In this document: in pieces, positions 48,950 through 57,206 of the stretch | Numbering within the stretch: position 1 is the stretch's first letter | Layout of the letters: each line of letters begins with the position of its first letter | NCBI GenBank assembly: GCA_017857595.1 | Contig: JAFMCU010000001.1 | Coordinates: 10,497-74,496 of the forward strand | Direction: 5' to 3' | Source of the DNA: Thermoprotei archaeon | Lineage (GTDB): Archaea; Thermoproteota; Thermoprotei; Gearchaeales; Gearchaeaceae | Length of the DNA: 64,000 nt | The notes under the pieces: model-generated | The model's database searches: none | What the model was told of the DNA's origin: nothing | What the model saw: the letters and a program-made list of their open reading frames with translations, nothing else | Program-made: the position numbers and the translations under genes

Positions 48950-49759
48950 TTATAAGTTTATAAAGGCTATTCCTTCCATTATTTTATAAACCTTTCCTGC
49001 AAGCTTTATATTTGAATCATTTTCAATCCTAATTTTAATAATTCCACCAGGCATCTCAACAGAAATTTCATTTTCAACCTTTCCTAATTTATACGCAGCG
49101 AATGCAGAAGCCGAGGCTCCTGTTCCAGATGAGAGTGTTGCACCTGCGCCTCTTTCCCAAATAAACGTATGTATTTTATTCTTATTCTCTACATAGAAGA
49201 ATTCAACGTTTACTCTGTTGGGGAATGCAGGATAATTTTCTATCAAGGATCCTAGTTCATTTAAATATTTTTTTGCTGTATCTTTTGATTCACATTCGAT
49301 TGCAAAATGTGGATTGCCCACTGAAATGTAAAGACCTTTTAATTTTTTATTTGATACTGAAATCTCTAGTATACCTAAAAGATTTGCTTCTCCTAAATTT
49401 ATTTCAATAGATTTATCTTTTAATATTCTAACTTTAGCTATCCTTCCGCCTTCTTTTCCTCCTACTTCAACTTCTCCATATTCTTCTATTATTCCTTTGG
49501 AATGTAAATACGCGGAAAATATTCGTAATCCATTTCCTGAGACTTCAGCTTCGCTTCCATCGGGATTGAAAACCCGCATTCTTGCATTTGCAATACTACT
49601 TTTATTATGAATTAGTATTCCGTCTGATCCAATCCCAATACTTTTATCAGAAAGTAATTTTGATAAATCTGAGTATATTTTTTCTTTTTCAAAATTCAAA
49701 TCTTCGATTACAATATAACTGTTACCTTGTGCGTGGTATTTTTCTATTTTTATATCCAT
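48950..49759 (-). CDS. dapF: DapF-family (diaminopimelate epimerase fold) protein lacking both catalytic cysteines
   Basis: 269 aa and collinear with DapF: HAQGNSY, FNPDGSEAEVSGNGLR, SVGNPH and WERGAGATLSSGTGASA. Both canonical Cys positions are Ser. Confidence 0.75.
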   Translation of the reverse strand: MDIKIEKYHAQGNSYIVIEDLNFEKEKIYSDLSKLLSDKSIGIGSDGILIHNKSSIANARMRVFNPDGSEAEVSGNGLRIFSAYLHSKGIIEEYGEVEVGGKEGGRIAKVRILKDKSIEINLGEANLLGILEISVSNKKLKGLYISVGNPHFAIECESKDTAKKYLNELGSLIENYPAFPNRVNVEFFYVENKNKIHTFIWERGAGATLSSGTGASASAFAAYKLGKVENEISVEMPGGIIKIRIENDSNIKLAGKVYKIMEGIAFINL

Positions 49760-50934
49760 TTGGAATTAATAAGTATTTCACAAGCGAGCTTTATATCATC
49801 GACGCTTGGAACTAATGCGAATCTTGCATATGTATTTATATCTTCGTTTGGATCTAAGCACAGCATTTTACTTGGGGTAACATTAATACCTATTTTTCTT
49901 TCCTTATCTAACTCCAAAATTTTTTTTGCTGTCTCCATTGAATTGTTTGATAATTTAGCCCACACATAAAATGTTGATTCTGCGTAGTACTTTATATCCA
50001 AAGATCTTAATGTTTTTATAAGTATATCCCTTTTGGTCCTATAAAGTTTCCTATTTTCTTCCACATGCCTTTCATCATCTAAGGCAGCTATAGCCGCTTC
50101 TTGTATAGCGTTTGGGATTCCAGAGTCTATTTGCATTTTTAACATTCTAAAATATTTGATTATTTCTTTTCCACCAAAAACAAATCCAACTCTTAAACCT
50201 GTCGCATTACTTCTTTTTGATAGCGAATTGAAAACTATCAAGTTGCTCCAGTCATCAGAAAAATTTAATATAGAATAAGGTTTTTCATCGAAATAAATTT
50301 CGCTATAACATTCATCTGAAGCTACTATTATATCTTTATCTCTTGCTATTTCTATTATTTCTTCATATACTTTTTTTCCTGCTACTTTAGATGTAGGATT
50401 GTTTGGGTAGTTGAGATAAATCAATTTAACTTTTTTGAACTCTTTTATTTTTTCTTCGATCTCATCTACATTTGGTAGAAAATCGTTTTTTTCACTCAAT
50501 TTGTAAAAAACCGGTATTCCACCCGCAAATACAGTTCCAGTTTTATAAGGAGGATATCCAATTGACGGAATCAGTGCGTAATCACCGGTATTTAAAAATG
50601 CTAATGGGAAATGGAATATTGCTTCTTTTGCACCTGCGGTTATTGTTATTTGTTCATCATAATCTACATAAATATTGAACCTTCTTTTCAACCATTCTGA
50701 ATATTTTTCTCTTAGAACCTTCATGCCTATATAAGAAGGATAACCTGATCTTGCATGCTTGACTGCACCTTCTTGTAACGCTTTTATAGCCCCTTCAAAT
50801 AGCGGTTCTGTTGGGTCGCCTACACCAAAATCTATTATCTTGAATCCTCTTTTTATTGCCTCTTCCTTAGCACGATCTATTTCATAAAAGGCATATGTAG
50901 TAAATTGTTTTAAATTGTTTGATGGATTAATCAT
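49750..50934 (-). CDS. dapL: class I aminotransferase, probable LL-diaminopimelate aminotransferase (DapL-type)
   Basis: 394 aa. NYPNNPT and SLSKRSNATGLRVG (PLP lysine). Sits between dapB and dapF, with no dapD, dapE or ddh in the cluster. Confidence 0.65.
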   Translation of the reverse strand: MINPSNNLKQFTTYAFYEIDRAKEEAIKRGFKIIDFGVGDPTEPLFEGAIKALQEGAVKHARSGYPSYIGMKVLREKYSEWLKRRFNIYVDYDEQITITAGAKEAIFHFPLAFLNTGDYALIPSIGYPPYKTGTVFAGGIPVFYKLSEKNDFLPNVDEIEEKIKEFKKVKLIYLNYPNNPTSKVAGKKVYEEIIEIARDKDIIVASDECYSEIYFDEKPYSILNFSDDWSNLIVFNSLSKRSNATGLRVGFVFGGKEIIKYFRMLKMQIDSGIPNAIQEAAIAALDDERHVEENRKLYRTKRDILIKTLRSLDIKYYAESTFYVWAKLSNNSMETAKKILELDKERKIGINVTPSKMLCLDPNEDINTYARFALVPSVDDIKLACEILINSKWI

Positions 50935-50964
50935 ATTTAATTTAGGATAAGCAATTAGATATTA

Positions 50965-51720
50965 TTAAAATTGATTAAAGATTATATCTTCCAGCACTTG
51001 ACCAAAATTATACATACCTTTTTTGCCAATTATCCATTTTGCAGCAATTAAAGCGCCTTTAGCAAAGCTTGTTCTTCCTTTTGAACTATGAGAAATCTCA
51101 ATAGTTTCATATTCGCTATCGAAGCCTACAAGGTGGAAGCCATGATGATATCCAGCTCTTAGAGATACGACGTGTAATTCATTTTTTTCTATTCTTCTAT
51201 TTAATCTATCAAACTGCAGTTTGTTTTTACTAGTAAAATTTTTCAATATTATATTTGCTACTTCCTTCGCAGTTCCTGAAGGAGAATCGGCTTTCATTCT
51301 ATGATGCATTTCGAAAACGTACGGATCGAAGTCTTCGAACTTTGAAATTAATGTGGATGCATAGTTTATAATCTTAAAAAATATGTTAGCACCAATGGAA
51401 AAATTTGGACCGTAAACCATTCCGACTTTGTTTTCTTCAACAATTTTTGTAACGATAGGAAGTCTATCATACCAGCCCGTTGTACCTACAACAATATTTA
51501 CTTTATTTTCAGCAACTGCTTTAACGTTTTCTAAAACTGCATCAGGTTTAGAAAAATCTATTGCAACATCCACATCTTTCATAGATTCATTTGTTATTCT
51601 ATTATGAGTAGCTTCAGGGTCTGTGGGATCTATAATAGATTTTACATTTATATTAAGTATATCTGCAAGCTTTTTAACTTCATGACCCATTCTACCATAT
51701 CCTATTATTGATATGTTCAT
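50965..51720 (-). CDS. dapB: 4-hydroxy-tetrahydrodipicolinate reductase
   Basis: 251 aa. IIGYGRMG nucleotide fold and EMHHRMKADSPSGTA signature. Confidence 0.85.
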   Translation of the reverse strand: MNISIIGYGRMGHEVKKLADILNINVKSIIDPTDPEATHNRITNESMKDVDVAIDFSKPDAVLENVKAVAENKVNIVVGTTGWYDRLPIVTKIVEENKVGMVYGPNFSIGANIFFKIINYASTLISKFEDFDPYVFEMHHRMKADSPSGTAKEVANIILKNFTSKNKLQFDRLNRRIEKNELHVVSLRAGYHHGFHLVGFDSEYETIEISHSSKGRTSFAKGALIAAKWIIGKKGMYNFGQVLEDIIFNQF

Positions 51721-52616
51721 TAATGAACAGGAATTTCATAGTATCTTTTGATTACAGATTTTAATTTATCAAGATTTTGTTGGCTCATTTCGCATAGTGG
51801 AGGTCTACAAGGACCTGCTGGCAATCCTACTAGATTCATAGCAGTTTTGATTGGAATAGGATTCGTTTCTAAGAATGCTGCCTTAAATATTGGCATTAAA
51901 TTATAATGAATTTCTCTAGCCTTACTTAAATTGCCTTCAAGAATATTATTTACTAAATCACAAACTTGTTTAGGTAGGAGATTGCTTACAACAGATATTA
52001 CTCCCTTACCACCACATGCCATTATTGGCAAAGTTAAATTATCATCACCACTAAGAATTGTTTTATCATTTTTTGTCATTGATATTATATCCATTATTTG
52101 TTGCATGTTTCCTGAAGCTTCTTTAATTGAAACTATATTATCTATTTCCAATAATCTTGCTTCTGTTAAAACATCTATATTTACTCCTGTCCTTCCTGGA
52201 ATATTGTAGAGTATAATAGGTAGGTCAACACTTTCAGCTATAGCTTTGAAATGCCTATAAAGCCCTTCTTGAGTTGGTTTATTGTAATAAGGCGCTACGA
52301 TTAAAGCTCCATCTACACCAATTTCACTCGCTTCTTTCGTCATTCTAATTGATTCAGCAGTTGAATAAGTGCCTGTACCCGCAATAACAGGTATTTTTCC
52401 ATTTGCTTCATCTACTGCAACTTTTAAAATCTGCTTTCTTTCTTCTTCTGTTATTGTTGGTGATTCTCCTGTAGTTCCTAATACGACTATTCCTGAAACG
52501 TTGTTTTCTAATTGAAATCTTATTAATTGTCTTAGTCCTTCATAATCAACTTCTAAGTTTTTCTTAAAAGGTGTTACTATCGCAGTTATGCAACCTACAA
52601 ATCCTTTCAAGCTCAT
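51720..52616 (-). CDS. dapA: 4-hydroxy-tetrahydrodipicolinate synthase
   Basis: 298 aa. GTTGES, YNIPGRTG and IKEASG (Schiff-base Lys). TAATG junction with dapB. Confidence 0.9.
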   Translation of the reverse strand: MSLKGFVGCITAIVTPFKKNLEVDYEGLRQLIRFQLENNVSGIVVLGTTGESPTITEEERKQILKVAVDEANGKIPVIAGTGTYSTAESIRMTKEASEIGVDGALIVAPYYNKPTQEGLYRHFKAIAESVDLPIILYNIPGRTGVNIDVLTEARLLEIDNIVSIKEASGNMQQIMDIISMTKNDKTILSGDDNLTLPIMACGGKGVISVVSNLLPKQVCDLVNNILEGNLSKAREIHYNLMPIFKAAFLETNPIPIKTAMNLVGLPAGPCRPPLCEMSQQNLDKLKSVIKRYYEIPVH

Positions 52617-52725
52617 ATTAATTTTCCATCTATTACAAGGCTTATAAATATTTTCCGAACTATATACTATTTATCGATGAAAAAATACGATAATTAATAT
52701 TTATATTACAAAAATCAAATAAATT

Positions 52726-53148
52726 ATGACGATGGACGAATTAGATAACATAATAATAAGTGAACTTGAATTAGATGGAAGGAAGCCATTTACTGAAATT
52801 GCAAAAAAACTTAATCTAAGTGAGGGGACAATAAGAAAAAGAGTTGAAAAGCTTGTCAAAGAAGGAAAAATTAAATTCACAGTTATTATAACAACTAAAA
52901 TTGGTTTTTCCGCAATTGTTATGATAAAAACGAGCCCTCAGATGAAAACATCTTCTATAGTAGAATCTATTAAAAAGATAAAGGAAGTAAAAGAAGTTTA
53001 TGAAGTAGCAGGGGATGCAGACATAATAGTAAGAATTTCATGTAACAATGCAGAAGAGTTCAATGAGATAATTGATGAAATACGTTCTATACCTAATGTT
53101 CTTGAAACAAAAACATATACGATATTAAAAATTTCATATCCAAGATGA
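52726..53148 (+). CDS. Lrp/AsnC-family transcriptional regulator (divergent from the lysine operon)
   Basis: 140 aa. HTH FTEIAKKLNLSEGTIRKRVEKL plus a C-terminal RAM domain. Confidence 0.85.
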   Translation: MTMDELDNIIISELELDGRKPFTEIAKKLNLSEGTIRKRVEKLVKEGKIKFTVIITTKIGFSAIVMIKTSPQMKTSSIVESIKKIKEVKEVYEVAGDADIIVRISCNNAEEFNEIIDEIRSIPNVLETKTYTILKISYPR

Positions 53149-53149
53149 A

Positions 53150-53497
53150 ATGTTCTCGAATTTCTTAGGAGCTAAAATAGAAGAATTAAATGAAAGATAT
53201 GTAAAAGTAAAAGGTAAAGTTAAAGAAGAGTATCTAAATGTTCATAATACTGCACATGGTTCTTATATTTTTGCTCTTGCAGATATCGCATTTGAAGCCA
53301 TAAGTAATTATTCAGAAAAGTCAGTTGCTCTACATATGGACATAGATTTTAGGAATCCAGCCTATTTAAATGATGAATTAACTGTTGAAGGCTTCTTAGA
53401 GAGTAAAGGTAACAAAACTTCCTTGTATAGATTCGTAGTTAAGAGAAAAGAAGATATGATTGCTGAAATTCTTGCCCTAGCTTATCACATTAGGTAG
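53150..53497 (+). CDS. PaaI-type hotdog-fold thioesterase
   Basis: 115 aa. NVHNTAHGSYIFALADIAF is typical of PaaI/YbgC-like thioesterases. Confidence 0.65.
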   Translation: MFSNFLGAKIEELNERYVKVKGKVKEEYLNVHNTAHGSYIFALADIAFEAISNYSEKSVALHMDIDFRNPAYLNDELTVEGFLESKGNKTSLYRFVVKRKEDMIAEILALAYHIR

Positions 53498-54877
53498 AAA
53501 TTTGTTGATATCCTGCAGTTGAATTTTGATAGTATGCAAAATTCCATGTTGGTGGGGCATCTAGTGTAAACGGTAGCATGTAGCTAGCTGGAAGACTGAT
53601 TATCTTTCCGTCAAGAGTTGTTATCTGCATGTTAATCAACTCTCCGTTCATCTTATAGTAGCTTATTGGATATAAATTACAGCATGGTTGAAATTCAAGT
53701 TGAGTATATGTTCCATAAAATGCAGTTCCGTTGTATGGTATATACGCAATAAAAACAGAATTTGTCTCAACATCTTTAATATAGAATTCAATTTGATCTG
53801 TGGTCATGTTATAAATTATGGAAAGGAATAGATGAGTTGGCATCGGAGATACAAAACCACTTTGTACAGCTGGATTTTGAGACTGTAAAAAGTAATGAGC
53901 TATACAATTTTTACCAGGTACATACCAAGGCGCTATAGTGCCATTGGGATTCAAATCTATACCGAGTTGGAAAAATCCCACACAGCTTGACCTTGTTGCT
54001 CCGTAGTAGTTCATAGCATTAATTTGGAAACTTAATATGCCAACTTGTGGTGTTGACCAGTTAAACAAAATCATTTCAGCACTCAATTTATAGAATGCTG
54101 GCAACAATTGTACCAATAATCCTGACCCTTGCCCATAACCTTCCATGTTGTTATAACCTGGTATATATATATAGGAATTTCATAAGTGCTTACTACGATG
54201 TTTGTATAATAAACAATTCCATTTAATGTTAGTATAATTGCTCCTGAATATTGATAAGCATTAGGAACATTAAAAGTAGCTGCAATTTGATCTGTCCTAT
54301 CGACGAATACTTGCATAATCCATCCTTCATTAGGATTGGAAGGAGTGCTTGCATTGTATACATTAGCAGCTATGTAGACCCATCCATTAGGATAAGCAGT
54401 ATTTTGTGGAACTTTTTCTATCAACTTTAGATTGTTTAAATCTGATCCTGCATAAACGTAGCCATTCGAAATTCCTACAATTGCAACAGGTTTGTAATTA
54501 TATGCATATAATCCAAAGAATCCTACTCCTTTTTCAGCATTAATTAATACTTGGAACGACAAAAATTGATCCCCTTGGACAAATCCTGAATCAGCTATAC
54601 TAACTTGTACATTATTTCCTTTTGTTTTGGAAACTAAAACAGGCTCTCCTAAATAATTTATAACGTTCGTTACATATATGGAACCGCTTATAGGTATCCA
54701 ACCATCCAGTTGCATATCTTCGAAATTAGATACGAAAGCAAAAGAGCCACTTGTTGAAGTTGTTGGAGCATACTTAATTTTATGCGTTGTGGTTATGGAT
54801 ATGTTTGCAAAAGAATTTGGTAATAAAAACGAAATTAATGATAAAGATACTAATACTATTAGAAAAATTTTCTTCAT
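53490..54877 (-). pseudogene. secreted glycoprotein-like protein split into two overlapping frames at a (TA)6 tract (frameshifted or phase-variable gene)
   Basis: ORF 54083-54877 has a signal peptide (MKKIFLIVLVSLSLISFLLPNSFA) and ends shortly after the TA tract. The second frame (ORF 53490-54146) is open from 54180. Removing one TA unit joins them in frame (...EIPIYIPGYNNMEGYGQGSG...), giving about 460 aa. Confidence 0.55.
54163..54174. repeat. (TA)6 dinucleotide repeat at the frameshift point
   Basis: The plus strand reads GG TATATATATATA GG. The tract lies inside the 54083-54180 region where both reading frames are open. Confidence 0.9.
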
Positions 54878-54913
54878 AAAAATTAAAAATTATTTAAATA
54901 TTTATATTTTAAA

Positions 54914-55864
54914 TTATTTCTCAACTTTTTCTAAAACTTTAGCTCCTTCACTGACGTGAGTTATTAACCCTTCAGCATATACTTCATTTTTATTAAATGC
55001 ATTTATCATAGCATTTAATATAACATGCGGATTTGAATTTCTTTTATCGATAATTGCTAATATAGATGGTCCAGCGCCGCTAATACAAACACCTATTGCT
55101 CCTTTTTCATATGCTACATTTCTAACTTCTTCAAAACCTGGTATCATTTTACTTCTGTGTATTTCTACTACATAATCTTTCATCGATTCTCTTAGGAATT
55201 TATAGTTATGAGTTAGGAATGAATAAACAATCCTACATGATTTCGATATGTTGTCAGACATTTGCTTTAAACTTATACTTTGTGGTAAGATTTTTCTTGC
55301 ATATTCAGTTTTTTTAATAGGCAATTGTATCTTAGGTAGGACAATGCATAAACACAACTCTTTATCAGGCATTATTGATACAGGGTCTAAATTATCTATG
55401 GGGGTAATTACAAATCCTCCCATCAAACAAGCTGTGACATTATCATAATGAGGCGAACCTGCAATAAAGGACTCTCCTTCTCCTGCTATATATATCATTT
55501 CGTTCAGACTCAAATTAATGTTAAATATGTTTTTTGCGATGAGAACGGCTGAAACGCAAGATGCAGCACTGCTACCTAAACCCATACCAACCGGAATATT
55601 TTTGATCAAAGAAATATTCAATTTTCCTTTAAGATTGTATTTTTCAGATATTTTAAATAAAAGTAAAGATAGAACATTTTTATTCAAGTCCTTAGGAACT
55701 TCATAATTCCCAGATACATTTAAAGAAATTTCAAATTCGTTTTTATCCCAGTATTCTACTTCAACAATATCACATGGTTCCTGCAAAGCAATAGCTAATA
55801 CATCGAATCCTGGTCCGAGATTAGCACTCGTTGCTGGCGCAATTAGCTTTATGTATTTACGCAT
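54914..55864 (-). CDS. thrB: homoserine kinase
   Basis: 316 aa. APATSANLGPGFD N-terminus and the GHMP motif PVGMGLGSSAAS. Confidence 0.85.
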   Translation of the reverse strand: MRKYIKLIAPATSANLGPGFDVLAIALQEPCDIVEVEYWDKNEFEISLNVSGNYEVPKDLNKNVLSLLLFKISEKYNLKGKLNISLIKNIPVGMGLGSSAASCVSAVLIAKNIFNINLSLNEMIYIAGEGESFIAGSPHYDNVTACLMGGFVITPIDNLDPVSIMPDKELCLCIVLPKIQLPIKKTEYARKILPQSISLKQMSDNISKSCRIVYSFLTHNYKFLRESMKDYVVEIHRSKMIPGFEEVRNVAYEKGAIGVCISGAGPSILAIIDKRNSNPHVILNAMINAFNKNEVYAEGLITHVSEGAKVLEKVEK

Positions 55865-55876
55865 TTGTTATTCTAT

Positions 55877-56938
55877 CTAAAATTTTTCATAAATTATTTT
55901 TCTATACGTATCGATTAACTTTTTTTCAAATCCTTCTTGATTAGCTTTCTCAAAATCGACTTGAGCAACACAAAAGCCATAATTGTTTAAGTTGAATTTA
56001 ATTCCTTCTTCTATCATAAACGTAATTGAAAGTTCAGACTTATTTAACTCTTTATAGCCAGCTTCTTTTAATCTTTTATTAAGTTCATTCAAATCCAATT
56101 TAATATTGTTATAAGGTGAAAGATAAAATATACCCTTACCTTCTCTTGCACATCCAATTTCAAAATTTTTTGAAATTTTATTTATTTTAACATTGGGATA
56201 ATTACTACAAGCCTCGCATTTTTCAGATCTTTTTATATCAATATAGTCAAATATGAGATTTTGAAGGTCTACGAGTAAAATTTTTCCAGCTAAAACAGGC
56301 TGTTTGTTCGTGATTACTCTTATAGCTTCACTTACTTGTACACTAGCAATTATACTAAGAATAGGAGGATTGACACCTACTATTGAACATTTAGGCAAAT
56401 CATCATCAGATAAGCCTGGATATATACATTCTAGACATGCTGTTTTACCTGGTAAAACTGTAAATGCACTTCCTTGATTCTCTATTGCTGCACCATATAG
56501 GTAAGGAATTCCTAACTTAAGACAAGCTCTATTAACTAAATATCTAGCGTTAATTGAATCTGTACAATCAATAACAACATTGCAACCCGTAACAATATCT
56601 TCTACGTTAAAATCAGTTACTGATACCGGAATAGCTTCTATTTGAACTTCCGGATTAAGACTCTTTAATCTTTCCTTAGCGGCTTCAACTTTTAATCTCC
56701 CTACATCATTGGAACTATACAAATATTGTCTATGAAGATCTGTTAATGAAACAATGTCCTTGTCAACAATCCTTAAAAATCCAATTCCCATTCCTACTAG
56801 TTGATAAGCTACAGGTGAACCTAGTCCACCTAAGCCGATTAAACATACTTTTGCATTAAATATTTTGTTTTGTCCTTCAAAGCCTATATTTTGCAATATT
56901 AATTGCCTTGCATACCTTTCTACATTTTTACTTTCCAT
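55877..56938 (-). CDS. ThiF/MoeB/E1-like adenylyltransferase with an extra ~100-aa C-terminal domain
   Basis: 353 aa. RYARQL, GLGGLGSPVA nucleotide loop, CLEC...CEAC zinc-binding pairs and KCSIVGVNPP. The C-terminal ~100 aa have no rhodanese signature that I can recognise. Confidence 0.85.
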   Translation of the reverse strand: MESKNVERYARQLILQNIGFEGQNKIFNAKVCLIGLGGLGSPVAYQLVGMGIGFLRIVDKDIVSLTDLHRQYLYSSNDVGRLKVEAAKERLKSLNPEVQIEAIPVSVTDFNVEDIVTGCNVVIDCTDSINARYLVNRACLKLGIPYLYGAAIENQGSAFTVLPGKTACLECIYPGLSDDDLPKCSIVGVNPPILSIIASVQVSEAIRVITNKQPVLAGKILLVDLQNLIFDYIDIKRSEKCEACSNYPNVKINKISKNFEIGCAREGKGIFYLSPYNNIKLDLNELNKRLKEAGYKELNKSELSITFMIEEGIKFNLNNYGFCVAQVDFEKANQEGFEKKLIDTYRKIIYEKF

Positions 56939-56939
56939 T

Positions 56940-57206
56940 TTATCCGCCAGCTACAGCAGGAATAAAGCTTACTTCATCACCTTCCTTCAAGTTTTTGTTC
57001 AAATCTGTTTCTATTTTACCATTGATATAAATATTGAGTAATCTTCTAATTTGACCCTTTTCATCGAATAACTTTTCCTTTGCTATTAAGTTGTTTTTAT
57101 CTAAGTATTCAAGTAGCTCTTTTAAGTTTGATGCTTCAGCTGTAACTTTAGATTTATTTTTATCCCTTCTTAATATTCCAGGAATGAAAACTTCTACTTT
57201 AGCCAT
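56940..57206 (-). CDS. MoaD/ThiS-like ubiquitin-fold sulfur-carrier protein (C-terminal Gly-Gly)
   Basis: 88 aa ending ...EGDEVSFIPAVAGG-stop, the MoaD-type pattern. Its start overlaps the thrC-like stop by 8 nt. Confidence 0.75.
   Translation of the reverse strand: MAKVEVFIPGILRRDKNKSKVTAEASNLKELLEYLDKNNLIAKEKLFDEKGQIRRLLNIYINGKIETDLNKNLKEGDEVSFIPAVAGG

Noticed and set aside
53490-54146. Treating the 218-aa ORF as an independent gene starting at its ATG
   Set aside because: It has no signal peptide, although its composition is that of an extracellular glycoprotein. It overlaps the upstream ORF by 64 nt, and its frame is open 34 nt further upstream, through the (TA)6 tract. A frameshifted single gene explains the layout better.
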